The notes: generated by a model from the letters alone, not told the origin. A stretch of 63,214 bases of DNA, filler included, from Rhabdomonas costata (GCA_019059605.1; 47 parts of 47 records of this genome joined end to end with filler, not necessarily neighbours in it), one strand, 5' to 3'. Positions 12,701 to 26,510 are shown, counted from the first letter of the whole stretch. Numbers and translations: made by a program.

Positions 12701-14211
12701 TATACGCCACGATGGTAAACAGGGGTTTTCAGTAGTCGCCTAGTCCACGTGATTGATACAATAGGTAACCCACTCCTTAAGAAGCTCGAATATAAGGCCA
12801 AGACACAAGCAAGCCACATACATGCAAAACAATTTGAATCCATCGATCAACGGTTGGGTCACATTTTCGATCGTATATTTTCCGTTTTAAACTATTATTC
12901 TGTCGACGTGTGCCAACGTTAGCTCATTTGCAAGATCATGACTTATTCCATCCGTTCTCCAGAGATGCTTCCAACGATTATCGATCAGCTTTACAAGTTC
13001 ACAGTAACTCTCACGAGAAGTCTCTTAGATTCGGCCCTTTGTGCTTCTTTGGTTTTGCTCCTGCCCATTGCCTCTTGTGTCCGGGGTTTTTTGCGCCGTC
13101 ATCTGTGCCGCGTTTACAAGCATTCCATTTGGCAAAAATGTCGCTTTTTTTGTGATCACGTCCATTCGGCCAACACGACCTTCACGGAACGCCATGCCAC
13201 AGTATGCTTGTACAAAACATTTCTCTTCTCATAGCCATTTATTCGAGTCTCGGATATGAGTTGTTGTTCAACCCAAACCTCCTGTCCTTTTGTCCCGCCT
13301 TCATATCTATATAAAATGATACCCGCTCGGTTTACTCTCTAAATGTCCAGATCACCCACGCTCCCACACCCCCNNNNNNNNNNNNNNNNNNNNNNNNNNN
13401 NNNNNNNNNNNNNNNNNTTAATTAATTAANNNNNNNNNNNNNNNNNNNNNNNNNNNNNNNNNNNNNNNNNNNNGGTTGGTGGGGCAAAGAAGGACCACAC
13501 ACATACACACACAGGCACGAGGCTGGGCACTGTGGATCACTTCGGAGAGGACCAGCATATCCTCCGTGAGATGTCCGCGCAGAGCCCGTGCCGGTGTGTG
13601 TATGTGTGTGGTCCTTCTTTGCCCCACCAGACGCCAGTCTCATGTGCGTGCGGTCCCAAAGAGACCCTGAATGAGGCTGAAGCGATGTTGGGTGGCTGTT
13701 AGAATCATTTTAAAGCCCTCCGAGAGTTTTCTAAGAACAGACAGGGGGGAAATCTAACTGTTGGGGTGTATTCCGTGCTCGTGGTCGCATTACGGTCCCA
13801 AATGCCAAAAGAAAATCGCTTCTCAGGCTCATTGCTTTCTCGTTCCAGGTGGATTTCGTGAGAACAGTGGAGTCGGAACCTCAGGCCAGGCCGAGGTGAC
13901 TTCGCTGATACAATTCGTCATGCCTTCTTCTTAATAACATATAATATCGGTGAGCAATGTTATGTAAAGGTGGTGGCAGGTGTTGCCAGAATAGCTCAGC
14001 CTCGAATTCCTGTCCTGGGGTCCTAGGAATCTCAAGATAATGGGGCCCAGACAAATGAAACGCCATTTTCGGAGTGAGTCTCAGCACCTAAATGGAGTAC
14101 TCTTTTGCATCGATTGAACTCACCAATGGAAAGAATCTTGTAGAAGTGTGAACCTTTTTGCTTTTCACTCAAGTTCTGCCGGATCCTGCGATCGATCGTT
14201 GTGCGTCTCAG

Positions 14212-14353
14212 GGTGGCCCACCTGCCGCAGTCCAAGCTGGTGCCGCTGATTGTGCAACAGCTGCAGAGCGGGGCCACGGAGTCTCACAGCACTCTGCTGT
14301 GGGGGCACGAGCTGCGGGGGTTCACGGAAACCCCAACCGGGGTGCAGGCTGAG
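14212..14353 (+). CDS. FAD-dependent monooxygenase (FAD_binding_3-like) exon
   Basis: AG/GT-bounded exon: VAHLPQSKLVPLI...LLWGHELRGFTETPTGVQAE, resembling aromatic hydroxylases. Confidence 0.65.
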
Positions 14354-17300
14354 GTGGGAGTGCGTCGCACCCTTCTGAGCCCTGTCCCCTTTCCATCGGA
14401 GTTTTTGTTTCAACAGTTGGCTCTCGTGAGCTGGATTCGACTTCGCTTCAGGTACCACATCGTACGTATGCAAGCAGGCCAAGCTTCCCCTCAGTCCAAA
14501 GGTGAGCTATGCTACGGTTCACGGCGCACTGAGAAAGCTATGTGACTGTACCAAAGCGAAACGCACTGTGCCAGCCTGAGGTCGAACGGTTGTGGTTGCT
14601 CCCTCACCCAGATACCTTCCTTTCTTTCTACTCCGAACAACCCCCTCCCGCCGTCTGGGGCCCTATACAGTAGGTGGACCAGCACCCACAAGGCGTGGCT
14701 CCTGCTGGGTACACAACAAAANNNNNNNNNNNNNNNNNNNNNNNNNNNNNNNNNNNNNNNNNNNNTTAATTAATTAANNNNNNNNNNNNNNNNNNNNNNN
14801 NNNNNNNNNNNNNNNNNNNNNTGTGGGTTGGGATGAAGAATTCACTGGTAACGTTTACGGGCATCTGTAAAGTGCAGAAACGAGATCGGGACAAAGAACG
14901 CATGCCGTCAAGATGTCAAACGGGAAACGTCAAATATGAAAATCGAATTGCACACCCACAACGGCAGTGGGTTCACCACGGTGAGGTCCACGGAACAGGT
15001 CACATTCACATCGCTGGGCCACCCCGCGGGCAAGTTGATCGGGGAAAACACCAGTGAAGCATTCTGCTCGGGCCCCAGAGAGGACGTCGTCATCATTCTT
15101 ACGGACAGGGAATTGCAAGTGAGGACCACACCTGCCCCCCCCCCCCCAATAAAAAAGCAGCGATCTAAGGCGGCGGGTGGACGGGTCTGAGGTGAGAATG
15201 TCGTCACCTGTGACCCTTGCGGAGTTCCTTGAGAGAGTTCCTCAAGGGCGATGTGGGGATCCTAGTTGGGTCGGGAGTTCAACCACCAATTTCACACAGG
15301 ACCACCTTCCGTACCGCAAACAAGCGACTTTGGCACGGAAAAGGGTAAAAAGGAGAGGCAAAGGGGCAGCGCGAGAGCGGCAGCGGTGGTGGTGGTGATG
15401 GTGGGATGTGTCGCTCAACGGACTGAAATTTCCCGAGTGAGAGCCGTTGTTTCCCAGGATGACGGACACCGAGGCGTTTAGAGAGGATAGCACCGTGACG
15501 TTGATCGCCTGCACAACAGGGCTGGGCTGCTTTAAGTAGAGCTTGCATAGCCTGTGGAGGAGGAAGCACGGGCGCACGAGGCCCACATGTCACAACAGCA
15601 CATGCGCGGACATCTGAAACGACGACTTCACCGCATCGGTGGAAACAGACTTTTGGTGTGAAGCTATGGTATTCTGGAATACAAAGCCCCATTATTTATG
15701 CCATATGCTATTCGCTACTTTATCGCAGTGCAACACACATGTGTACATGTACGTGTATGCATGTGTATGGATGCGCTACAGCTACCAGATAGAAATCCCT
15801 TCTTCGAAACACAGAACTGAGAACAAGCGCGAAGACTTCCATCGCCCGCTTCGTCCGCTTCGTTCCCTGGACATTAAAAGAAGGCCAACTATTCACCTGG
15901 TTCACCTGCCCCTCACCGCGGCGCCAGCCATGAAGCACACCTTGTCTTCACAAGGGCTTGCAGTGGGAAGTCCGAGTCGAAGAAAAGAAAGGTGCGGGAG
16001 CCATCTCGGCTGATCTGCACACTCTCCGTGGTGGAAAGGCCGTACATGTTCTAGGCAAGAACAACAACANNNNNNNNNNNNNNNNNNNNNNNNNNNNNNN
16101 NNNNNNNNNNNNNTTAATTAATTAANNNNNNNNNNNNNNNNNNNNNNNNNNNNNNNNNNNNNNNNNNNNGGGGGTGGGGGGTGTATTTTTCCTTTTTCTT
16201 CGATTTTCTGCCTTCTCGTTTCCTTTTCCCGAGTCCCACCTTATTCCTCCTCTCTTTTACCCCTCCGCACCCTCACAGAAATTGTGCTTCACTTTGTCAT
16301 CAAGAAGCCACTCTACGCTGCTCATGCTTCTTTATATGCGTTGCGGCTGTAGGGTTGCCCTAACACGGCGCGGGTCCCCATGTTTACTTCCGTTGGAAGG
16401 CCCGGACCCACGTTATGAGCGTCTGGCGGGCGGGCACCAGCTGTGCCCCCATTCGGTCGTGAGGGCTCGTAACGCTGCTTCTGCTGAGCCGTGGTGATGG
16501 TACACCTTCAATGCGTATGGGCTCTGCCCAGGGCATTGGTCGAAGCGGGTTGTGTTTTTGGCATGGGAAGGGGGAGGGGCAAAATCTCTAAATAAGAGAC
16601 GCAGTCCAGCAACCAACACGGCAAAACAGCTTCATTGTATATAGCGCAGGAGAATACGTTTTTTATGAGCATGGTCATTGCAGGCGGATTTTGGACTTGA
16701 TGTCTTGGCGGACTCACCACACAGATCCCTTGATCCAACCCGAACTCTTGATGACTCGCGCTTCTGCTGTTTTGGGTTCCATTTTTTTTGATGTGGTCTC
16801 ACTGTTTTAATTTTGCGTCCTTTTTCTCTCAGCGCCTGTGCACAAGTTTGTGTTTTGCCTTTGGTACCATTACTACTTCCATGGGTGCTATTTTACCCAA
16901 ACCCTCCCATACCCAGAAATCCCCATTCCCAGAAAGCGTCGAGGTGTTTCCACCCCACTGTTCCTCATTTTTTTTGATCTGTCTCGTTTGTATATTTGGA
17001 TAGTGGAGAAGGCGCTGTTGTATTTCTTCAGTCCCCAGGGGTGAGAGGCTGTATCCCGCTGCACCTGAGGACACCAACTTAACCGCAGATAGGCAAGACA
17101 GGGCAGTATCCTGTGTTGTGTGTACGCATTCGTACGTTACTTCATGAGCTACATTCGCATTTCCTGCAAACGGATAGCGTTCGTTACGGTTCACGCCTTC
17201 TGCATTGTGTGAGATAATTCTCGTGCTTCCTCTGCTGAACTGATGTATGTGTTTAACTAGAATAGGTCAATGTTTTGGTTTCTCACTTTTGAATTGCTGG

Positions 17301-17863
17301 TTTACAGTGAAAGCCTGCCTACGCGTATTCATATTGATGCCCCTCATTCCATCCATACACTAGCTCTTACAGCAATTTGATCCCGAAAGGACAATCTGTA
17401 TTCGGCCCCAAAACCCNNNNNNNNNNNNNNNNNNNNNNNNNNNNNNNNNNNNNNNNNNNNTTAATTAATTAANNNNNNNNNNNNNNNNNNNNNNNNNNNN
17501 NNNNNNNNNNNNNNNNGTGTGGGGGGAAACGAGAGACAGTCTGCGGAAAAAAGAGGGAGAGAGGGCGGGAAAGGATGATGGCAGAGTGAGAGAGAGAGAG
17601 AGAGAGACAGAAGGGTGAAGAGAGAGTGTGTGTGATGGTGGGGTTGTGTTCTACTTCTATAAAACCCGCTGCGAGGGACCTTGAGGACAGAAATTGTGTC
17701 CGGACCACTTGGTGTCAGATTGATGTTTTGACAAAATCCTTTCCTTAGTCTTGCTGTTGGGAAAAGCAAGTGCAACACTCCCAACGAAAGTGGCGAATCG
17801 GTGTCTGGTGAAGTCTCAGGTTACACCCCCTGTGCTTTTTTTTTTGGGTTTTGACACCAACAG

Positions 17864-18715
17864 ATATCCCCGATATTGAGGTCGTGGTCAACATGGATCT
17901 TCCGTCGAACTTGGATGACTACATCCACCGCGTACGGCACCCCACCCAAACCTCTGCTTTCCATTCCTTTGCCTTGTTGTGGAAGCCTCATACCTCTCGG
18001 TATGCTTTGTTTGTAGCTTGATTGGACAATCAGTGAACTGCTGAAATAAAGTTAGTAACACCCCCAAAGTTGGAGATAAGTGTGCAACGAATTCCGGTGG
18101 GAAGTTTTTTCACGGTGACTTTCCAGCGGTGGCCTTTTTCGGCGTCGGATATTCTATTTTACCATCAAATCGGAAGGTCTAACGTCACGGTGTAACCTGC
18201 TTTGCGAAAGCCCTCGTAAATGTCAGTGCAGCACTCAGTGGCTGCCTGTTGTTGGATTTGCAATCGCTTCTCCAGAGTTTCTTGAACAAAGCGACTCCCA
18301 ATGCTTTGTTCCCTTGTCTGCAAAGCAAGTAACACCCCAAAAGCAAGAGAATAGAGCGCAACGAATTCCGATAGGAAGTTTTTTCACGGTGACTTTCAAA
18401 CGGTGGCCTTTTTCAGCGTTGGATAATCTGTCCAACCGCGAAAGCCGAAAACGCCCCCCTCCACACACACACACAGCTTCAGAGCTACCCATCCTCCCCA
18501 AGTGAAAAGGGAGTTTCTGGCTTTCTAAGCAGCCCCGTCCAGGCTGTGCCAACGTCTCCGAGCATTGGCTTGTATCGATCCCAGCTCTGTCTTCTCTGTT
18601 TGGCAGATTGGGCGAACTGGGAGGGCTGGCAACAAGGGCTTGGCCATCTCCTTCTACAACAACCACGAGAACTACATGCTGAAGAATGCGCTATGCGGGC
18701 TGTTGGAGGAGAGTA
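17864..18715 (+). CDS. DEAD-box RNA helicase (DED1/DDX3/Vasa-like), C-terminal exons
   Basis: Exons 17864-17931 (IPDIEVVVNMDLPSNLDDYIHR) and 18607-18715 (IGRTGRAGNKGLAISFY); motif VI HRIGRTGR is rebuilt across a GT-AG intron. Confidence 0.93.
18084..18425 (+). repeat. Intronic direct repeat, 2 x 68 bp
   Basis: 18084-18151 and 18358-18425 differ at 6 of 68 positions; weaker similarity extends ~30 bp upstream. Confidence 0.9.
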
Positions 18716-19588
18716 GTATGTTTGTGGGTTCGTTTGCAGACGTTGACAGTTCCTACAACACACCNNNNNNNNNNNNNNNNNNNNNNNNNNNNNNNNNNNN
18801 NNNNNNNNTTAATTAATTAANNNNNNNNNNNNNNNNNNNNNNNNNNNNNNNNNNNNNNNNNNNNGGGGGGTGTGTCACTTTCAAACCACAAAGAGCTGTT
18901 CAAAAAGCCAAGACACCGTTCACTGGACAGCACTGTTGTGAAGAACCGATTCAGAGTCCAAAGTCCGGCACAGCACGGAAGAATGGTAGAGTATGGAAGA
19001 ATGAAAAAATGGAGGGCTGAGAAGAGGAAGAATATGAGTGGGTGTGCACGAAACGCCACGAAACCCGGGGAGAAACAGGACGTTTCCTTTGCAAGGAGGG
19101 CGTCGAGCATGGATAAACACCGAAGTGGGGGGAAGGACAAGACATGGCTTGCAAGTCCCCCGAAACCAACCACTGATGCCAACGAAAGTGACCTGAAGTA
19201 ATTCCATATGGTGGTTGGAGATGGTGACGGATACAAAAAACGCGAAACGATCGGGGTGACGTATGTATAGGGATGTAAGCAAAAGGGCCCGTGAACAGGA
19301 AGAGAGGGGGGGAGAAAGAGAAAGCTAACAACCACCACAAGATAAAAATACTAACACAGAAGAAAAGTCACTGAAGGGCATACACCCGCCACCCCTTATC
19401 TCTGTCCATAGCGGGGGATGCTGGGATGCTGAAGGGGATGCTGAAGCGCTTGGCAAGAAACGTTCCCTGATCCATAAGGAGCTTCTTCAAAGTGCTCAAA
19501 GTTCTTCAAACCCACACGCCGAGCGTGTGTGAAGACGAGCGCTGCGCACGTTCACAATGTGACTTGGGGCCTGCTTCTGCTGACTCAG

Positions 19589-19737
19589 CCTGCTACCGCG
19601 GCGGCCTGCGGGCTGCCGCTATCCCCGCGTCTGGTGATACGGCTGCTGGACACTTTGGGCAATGCCCGGGTGCGGGCTACCCTGAACGCGCTGTACGACA
19701 TCACCCCGAAGGCCAGGGACGCGCTCAACCTCTCCAG
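19589..19737 (+). CDS. Probable internal exon, unknown protein
   Basis: GC-rich segment bounded by CAG and GT: ...LSPRLVIRLLDTLGNARVRATLNALYDITPKARDALNLS. Confidence 0.4.
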
Positions 19738-20576
19738 GTCTTTCGCTTCTGGGCTCGACCGGCTCCGCCGGAAAGACTCGTGCTCTCCGTACCCGTACAG
19801 ATGACTTTTTTGTTTGCGACGAACCTGGCACAGACCGCTACTGCCAGTACTACCGGCACACCCGCCACAGCGTCATGTGCGCACACCAGCTTTCCATTTT
19901 CTTTTTGAACACAGCCCCCTCTCTGCTTCTTTCAGCATGGTGCACCATTGGACGTTGAGCCCGACTTCAACGTACCACAAAAACACACTCTTGACACCCT
20001 TCCCCTGGAATATTTTCTTTTTTGTTTGTTAACGGAGGAGACTTGGTTTTCAATTACTCGTTGAGTGAAGGACTTTGATGAAAAGGATGAAAATGAAAAC
20101 CAAACACCNNNNNNNNNNNNNNNNNNNNNNNNNNNNNNNNNNNNNNNNNNNNTTAATTAATTAANNNNNNNNNNNNNNNNNNNNNNNNNNNNNNNNNNNN
20201 NNNNNNNNTGTGTTGTGTCAAGGGGGCGGCAAGGCAATATCTCTCTTTAGCTCGGCTTTTTAACCACCTAGTGATCACTTTTTAAAACAACAGAAGGGGA
20301 ATGGGGTAAGAGCATTGCAAGGGGTACCTGGTGTCTTGACTTCTGCTGGCGCGCGGCCTCGGGAGCGGGATGGGTGCGACTCTGGCGACCCTGGGACTTA
20401 CGCCGCACTTACGCAGCAACAGTGCAAGCATAGCAGCGTTCACAACCACAACGGCAACAGCTACAATCAACACGCTTCTACCTCCCCCTGGGTTTTGCGC
20501 CGGCTCTTTCGCCTCGGCGCTTCTCACTTACAACCAAAATACAACGCACAGCCAAAACAAACACGATCACAGGAAA

Positions 20577-21400
20577 TTAAGGGCAAACCATTTGCTCAGC
20601 CTTGCTCTTCCAATTCCCATTTGTCTGCAGCAAAACCTTAATCCAACAAAAGTACCACTGTGACCGAAAACCTGGTCCAGAGAATTCGCAAACAACATCC
20701 TTCAATGCAGTCGATTTTCTTCTTTTGAAGAAGTCATCTTTCTTTGAATTCCGCCACTCGCGACATTCTTGTGATAATCTTCGTGTTTTCCCGAATTCTT
20801 CTGTATTCGATGCAACTCTCTTGTGCAAAACCTTCTTTTCCATGCAACTCTGCCGCTTTACTCTTGCAACTCTTGCAACCCTTCTGCCGAGGGCAATTCT
20901 TACCGAGCTCCTCTTTTCTTTGACTTTATCCCTTCTGAACTTCTCTTTTGCCAATGCTCTGCTACTCGCTGCTCTTCTGCTGTTTCGTCCCTTGTAATCT
21001 CCTCCTCCCTTGTCATTTTCTCGCTGCCTCACCCGTGATTTTGCCCCACTCGGCTCTCCGGGTCGGCCTTCTCACTTACTCTTTCCCGTATATAACTTCT
21101 CTGCCTGATAGATTTTTTCTTGCTCCGCTGGTCGGGGCTTTCCCTTGGTACCAAAACTCCCCCATCGGTCTCCCGCCTTGCTCTTCTAACTTCTCCTCTT
21201 TCGACTCTGCAACGAGACTCTTCCCCCAACTTCGTCCTGCAACTTGCCTTCTCGGCTTCTCTTCTCTTCTTCCTTCTCTCTGCTTCTCCTCGTTCCGCTG
21301 CCCTGCCCTGCCCTCTGGGACTGCTCCCAGGCTCCTCGCGCACTTCTTCTCGACAAGGCCCGCCGCTACTCGTCAAACTCCTCGTCCCCATGTTGCTTGC
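20577..21400 (-). mobile_element. Possible degenerate non-LTR retrotransposon fragment
   Basis: Purine-rich minus strand with broken Arg/Lys-rich ORFs and no splice structure; no catalytic motif seen. Confidence 0.2.
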
Positions 21401-22095
21401 TCGACAACAGCGGCGTCCTCAAACCAGATCGTCCTCGTCACATGCGCTCTGCACTTNNNNNNNNNNNNNNNNNNNNNNNNNNNNNNNNNNNNNNNNNNNN
21501 TTAATTAATTAANNNNNNNNNNNNNNNNNNNNNNNNNNNNNNNNNNNNNNNNNNNNTGTTTTTGTGCTCCTTTCTCAAACCCCACCCCAGACGCAGAGGC
21601 GCAGCTATTGGATTTGAGAAAGGAGCATAAGAACCTGTCAGATGCATACCCTTACCGTTCGTCCTAAGCCGTCCACTCTGGTAAACCGTCCCCGTAGAAT
21701 CCGTATGTGTGCTTGTCATATCGCGAGCTAGGTAACATACATGTCCACGAGCAATGCTAGTCAAAATCGCAGTGTGGATGCTACAGCGCTTAAACAGATG
21801 AAGAAGATTGGGGACTAGCCAACAAGAAGAAACAGCTCGCGGTTTTCCGGGTGCCTCGCAAAGAACAGATTTTTGGCTTAACCGAAAATGCGAAAACAGA
21901 TGCGGTCTCACCAATTCACAGCCACAGACACATACGTATCCATGCAAAACATTCATTCAATGCAAAAGGAACATGAGCAGTTTGTCTGCTGATACATCAA
22001 ACCTCTTCCCCAGCCCACTGGGCGTTGAGTTGGGAATTGAGTTGAAGGGGGGAAGAGGAATACTCGTCCCATTCCGACCCAACTCCTCCCCGCTT

Positions 22096-22315
22096 CTACT
22101 TCTTAGCCTTAGGCTTTGCGGCTTTCTTGGCCGCCGCGCCGGCCGCGGAATCCTCGGCCCTCTTCACCACGACAAGATTTTCGCGATGTTTCAGCAGCTG
22201 GGCACTCCACTTGTACTGGAAGACCGGGAGCAGCTTCATGATTTCCACGTGGTTGCCCTCCTTAGCGTAGAAGTACGCGGGCTTGCCCAAGCAGTCCAGC
22301 ACCTCGGCATTGGAG
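22096..22315 (-). CDS. Ankyrin-repeat-like protein, last exon
   Basis: After a CAG acceptor: SNAEVLDCLGKPAYFYAKEGNHVEIMKLL (ankyrin-like), then an Ala/Lys-rich tail to TAG. Confidence 0.6.
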
Positions 22316-23352
22316 CTGTGGATATGCGTGTGTATGAGTGTGATGTGCATTGTACAACAAATTTTTTTGAACGATGCCAAAATGTGTACCATAGGTTGCT
22401 GCAAACCCATCCAAATACAAAAGCACAATAAAAACAAAAAGAAACCCGCGGACATACACGCACCAATGCAATGTATAAAGCATGTGCCGATTGCCGAGGA
22501 CGACGCAGAACAGACACTTGCACTGGGACCCCACCCCACCGTTACGGAAGGATCGAACTGGAACACTGCACTGAGTTGGGCCCTGCTCAGCAATAAACTT
22601 CTGCTTCTCGTCAGGGCAGAAGCTCCCCACACCTCTAAACCAGCCCTCCTACGGAACCCTACGGAAGGTTGTAGGGCAAGCCAAGTACGAGGTAGAAAAA
22701 TGCTTCAGCCTTTCTCTCGGCAGAGTGCACAACGACCTCCAAACACGCACGTGCTGGCCTCTACTTCTTCCCGCAAACCTGATGGCTTCCTCTAACCAAA
22801 ACCNNNNNNNNNNNNNNNNNNNNNNNNNNNNNNNNNNNNNNNNNNNNTTAATTAATTAANNNNNNNNNNNNNNNNNNNNNNNNNNNNNNNNNNNNNNNNN
22901 NNNTGTTTTGTTGGTCTCCTGCTCGGCCCAGGTGCCAGGACCTCTCCTGCTCTACAGAACAAAATCTTTTGCTGATACCTGTCTCTCACCGAGGTACGTA
23001 TTTGCCATCCCCAAAATCCTACATGTCATGTAATGAATGAGACTGGGGTCTGGGGTCTGGCGAAACACATCACATCGACAGTGAGCAGCCCGCCGCCCGG
23101 CAGGGCTTTCAGATACAGTCAGTGATAAGAAGCTCAAGAAGCTCGAGTCTCTTGATGGAATAGGCCTAGGAAAGCTCAAAGTGGACACTCTTCCTCACAA
23201 CAGGCAAGCTGCAGTTTTTGAGTCGTGGAGGACGTGGGGTCATCTCCTCATTGCTTCAATGCAACATTTTTTTTGGCTCCTTCGTGTGCAGAGGAGCGAT
23301 TTTGTTGTGTCGCTGTTTGTCTGTATTGTGGGTGTGGGTGTGGGTGTGGTAG

Positions 23353-23493
23353 GACCCACATCACCCCGCGACTCTGCTCGCCGCTGCTGGGGGCAAGGGG
23401 TGGCAGACCCCGCGGCAGGACCCCGACACTCTGACGTGGCCCGTGGAGGTCGTTCTGAGCTTCGGGGGCGAGGCCAAGATCCGAGCAATTCGG
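23353..23493 (+). CDS. CEP104 N-terminal (jelly-roll)-like exon
   Basis: 141-nt phase-0 TAG/GT exon: DPHHPATLL...KGWQTPR...WPVEVVLSFGGEAKIRAIR, resembling CEP104 'DPxYPAxEL...GWQS...PQEIIL...IRKLQ'. Not present in the ORF track. Confidence 0.55.
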
Positions 23494-24774
23494 GTGCGTC
23501 CTCCCCGACCCACCACAGTCACAGACACACAACTGTGCCAGCGCACTGACAACAGAGCCATTGCTCAGGCTCCATTTGATCTTTTTGCATCTGTAACCCT
23601 GCTTGAGGACGTGTGGCAAGGCGGTAGGGAAGATCATGGAATGCTTGAAAATAATATTTGCCTTAGACTTGTTTTATTGATACTACCGCACAAAGTGCCG
23701 CATCTTTTGCACGCGCAAACAATTGACACTTCCTCTACCGTCTCGAAAGGTACGTCATACGCAAACCTCCAGGAAACGACCAAGAAAATATTGCGGGAAA
23801 AAATTACCCGCTGCAAATTCTTGTAGGAATCCAACGGAACGCACGTGGATGGCCCTGTTAGAAATACCGCGGGAATCGCCTTCTCACCCCTTGGTGACTC
23901 AGACTGATCGAAATTTCCAGGATTTCGACCTTTCGCCCACACACAGGTTCTGGCCCATGAGTCGAAGATCCCCTCGCGGATTGAGCTGTTTATCGCGGAA
24001 GCCACGGGAGGGGGAGGGGCTGTGCCCGTGCCCCCACCGCCGTCACAGGCCTCGTTCCGAAGGCTGGGCCACTTCTCCCTGAAGCCTAATCAGGAGAGTG
24101 GCTTCAAAGCCAGGTATTGGCATCCTTCCTCCATCCATACATGCACAACACNNNNNNNNNNNNNNNNNNNNNNNNNNNNNNNNNNNNNNNNNNNNTTAAT
24201 TAATTAANNNNNNNNNNNNNNNNNNNNNNNNNNNNNNNNNNNNNNNNNNNNCACGGCGGGATGCTCCGGGAATCTTTCAAGCACACCACACTAAATGCTT
24301 CTACTTACATTGATGCATGCATCTTCACTTCACCGCGGATTGCCAAAAACAATTCCTGGGACGCTACCATTTACCACATCTGCTAACACATAACACATCT
24401 GCCACCAAACGTTGGACAGATCCAAACGTGCTCTTAAGCTCCTTTACTCCCCAAAAGAAGAAGGAGCACGCCTGGTTCACTGACAACTGCAATCCCACCA
24501 CTCTCCTACATCTAGTCGATCTACTATGTCTCCGGGATGTCTTCCCGTGAACTTCAGCAACAACTGACTCAAATTTCCCTATTTTACTACCTCGCTCCTT
24601 TTTGCGGGGTCTGGACGCCAGCCTCCCGGGTGAGTTCCCTCTTCACCTCTGCCGTGTTTCCCCATCACTCCGTTTCCCTCGCCGCATTCATAACAACACT
24701 CCGCAATCCCTCTGCTACCCGGTGAGAAGGCTTCAGACCGCTCCTCGTTCTTAAGAACCCCCACAGACGTCGAA

Positions 24775-25478
24775 ATGGCGCTGCACATCACCTGCGTGGC
24801 CCCGATCAACATCGCGTTCATCAAGTACTGGGGCAAGCGTGACGAAGCCCTGATCCTGCCCCTGAACGACAGCTACAGCATCACTTTGGACACGGACAAC
24901 TTCTGCACCAAAACCAGCGTCTTCGCCAGCGAGGCCCTGCCCGCGGATGAGCTGTGGGTGAACGGGAAGCAGGTCGACATCTCAGCCAGTGCACGGGTGA
25001 AGAACGTCCTGCGGGATGTCCGGGCGAGGTGCGAGCCAAAGTACGCCGCGATGAAGGTGCGGGTGGTGTCGGTGAACAACTTCCCCACGGCTGCGGGGAT
25101 GGCTTCCTCGGCAAGCGGTGCCTGCGCGTGACGTATTTTTTAAAGCTCTTGGTTTGCGGGATCCAGGTAGTCTAGAGAGTTTTCCACGTCTTGGGGCCCA
25201 TAATTTGCTCCTTGGTTGCTATTTCCTGCCTTTCCTACGCTGCAGGGTACTGCTGCCTGGTTTTTGCGCTCTGCCAACTGTTCCACGTCACCGAAGGGGT
25301 CAGCGCGATTGCCCGGGTAGGATCCGGCAGCTCCTGCCGCAGCCTCTACGGGGGCTTCGTGAAGTGGCTGATGGGGTCCGCCCCGGACGGCTCGGACTCC
25401 CTGGCCGTGCAAGGCGCACCCGCCTCGCACTGGCCCGAGATGCAGGTGCTGATCCTGGTTTGCCGCAGCACCGAGAAG
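24775..25478 (+). CDS. MVD: Mevalonate diphosphate decarboxylase, first 2 exons
   Basis: Exon 24775-25117 contains APINIAFIKYWGKR and NNFPTAAGMASSAS; GT-AG intron 25118-25245; exon 25246-25478 contains ARVGSGSSCRSLYGGFVKW. Confidence 0.97.
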
Positions 25479-26510
25479 GTTGGCGCCCCCCCACCCACNN
25501 NNNNNNNNNNNNNNNNNNNNNNNNNNNNNNNNNNNNNNNNNNTTAATTAATTAANNNNNNNNNNNNNNNNNNNNNNNNNNNNNNNNNNNNNNNNNNNNGG
25601 GTTCGCTTGCATGGAGGCTGTCGCTTCTTTGCACGAGATTTGTGTTTCGGAGATCTGTTTTGCTGAGACCCTGTTGAAAGTTGCCAGTTTTGAATTGCAT
25701 TCCGCAACTTCGAACAGTTTCTTTATGATATCCACGAAGGCATCGTGTTGTAATATGCTTAATGTTCCCTCCCGAGAGGTGCTTTTCTGCTTGTGTCACT
25801 GCAGAGTCTTTCTGCCTCCTCCTCCGTGTTCCCGGTACAGCTTCTCCCATTTTGAGCATGGGATATGTTAGGATCTGCAGGAGTGCGGCGCTTGCGGAGG
25901 TTCTTCTACTGATAGCGTTTTTCGTGAGAAACGCCAACGGTGCCCCTCCTGCGCCGTTAGGCCGCGCAATTGGGAAGTGTTCCTTTCCTGGAAGCGGTGT
26001 TTCCCTGCAACATGAACTCTCTCCACTTTGTATGCAACGTCTGCAGCCCCCCCCCCCGAACACTTACACCTATTGGAAGCGTCGATTTCCGTCTGGCCCA
26101 GTTGGTCAGGGCTGTCATTGTTCTTCGATTGAACTGGTGTTACGGTGGAACACACCTATGGCGTGAGGGTTTGTCTTACAGAAGGTCGCAGATCTGGTGG
26201 CAGGAACACTGTGTACAGCAAGAGAGAGAGAGAGAGAGAGGCACACTCAAAGCTGCGTATCTACAGCACGTCGTTTGCTGAAGTTTTCAAAAGGAGGCAA
26301 AAATGGGATCACGGAAATGAGCAGGAAAAACTGCTCTAACAGAGCAAATCCCCTGCTGGTGGTCACCACAAAATGACCCGCACCTCGTGTGGCAAGTGTG
26401 TGATTATGAATTTGTATCGAGCGCCACCTTTTTGGCTCCAGCACATACACCCATTTGTCCGTAGTATTCATTCTTCCGCGCTACTTTTCTGGCCTGCATT
26501 TTCCCCGCAG

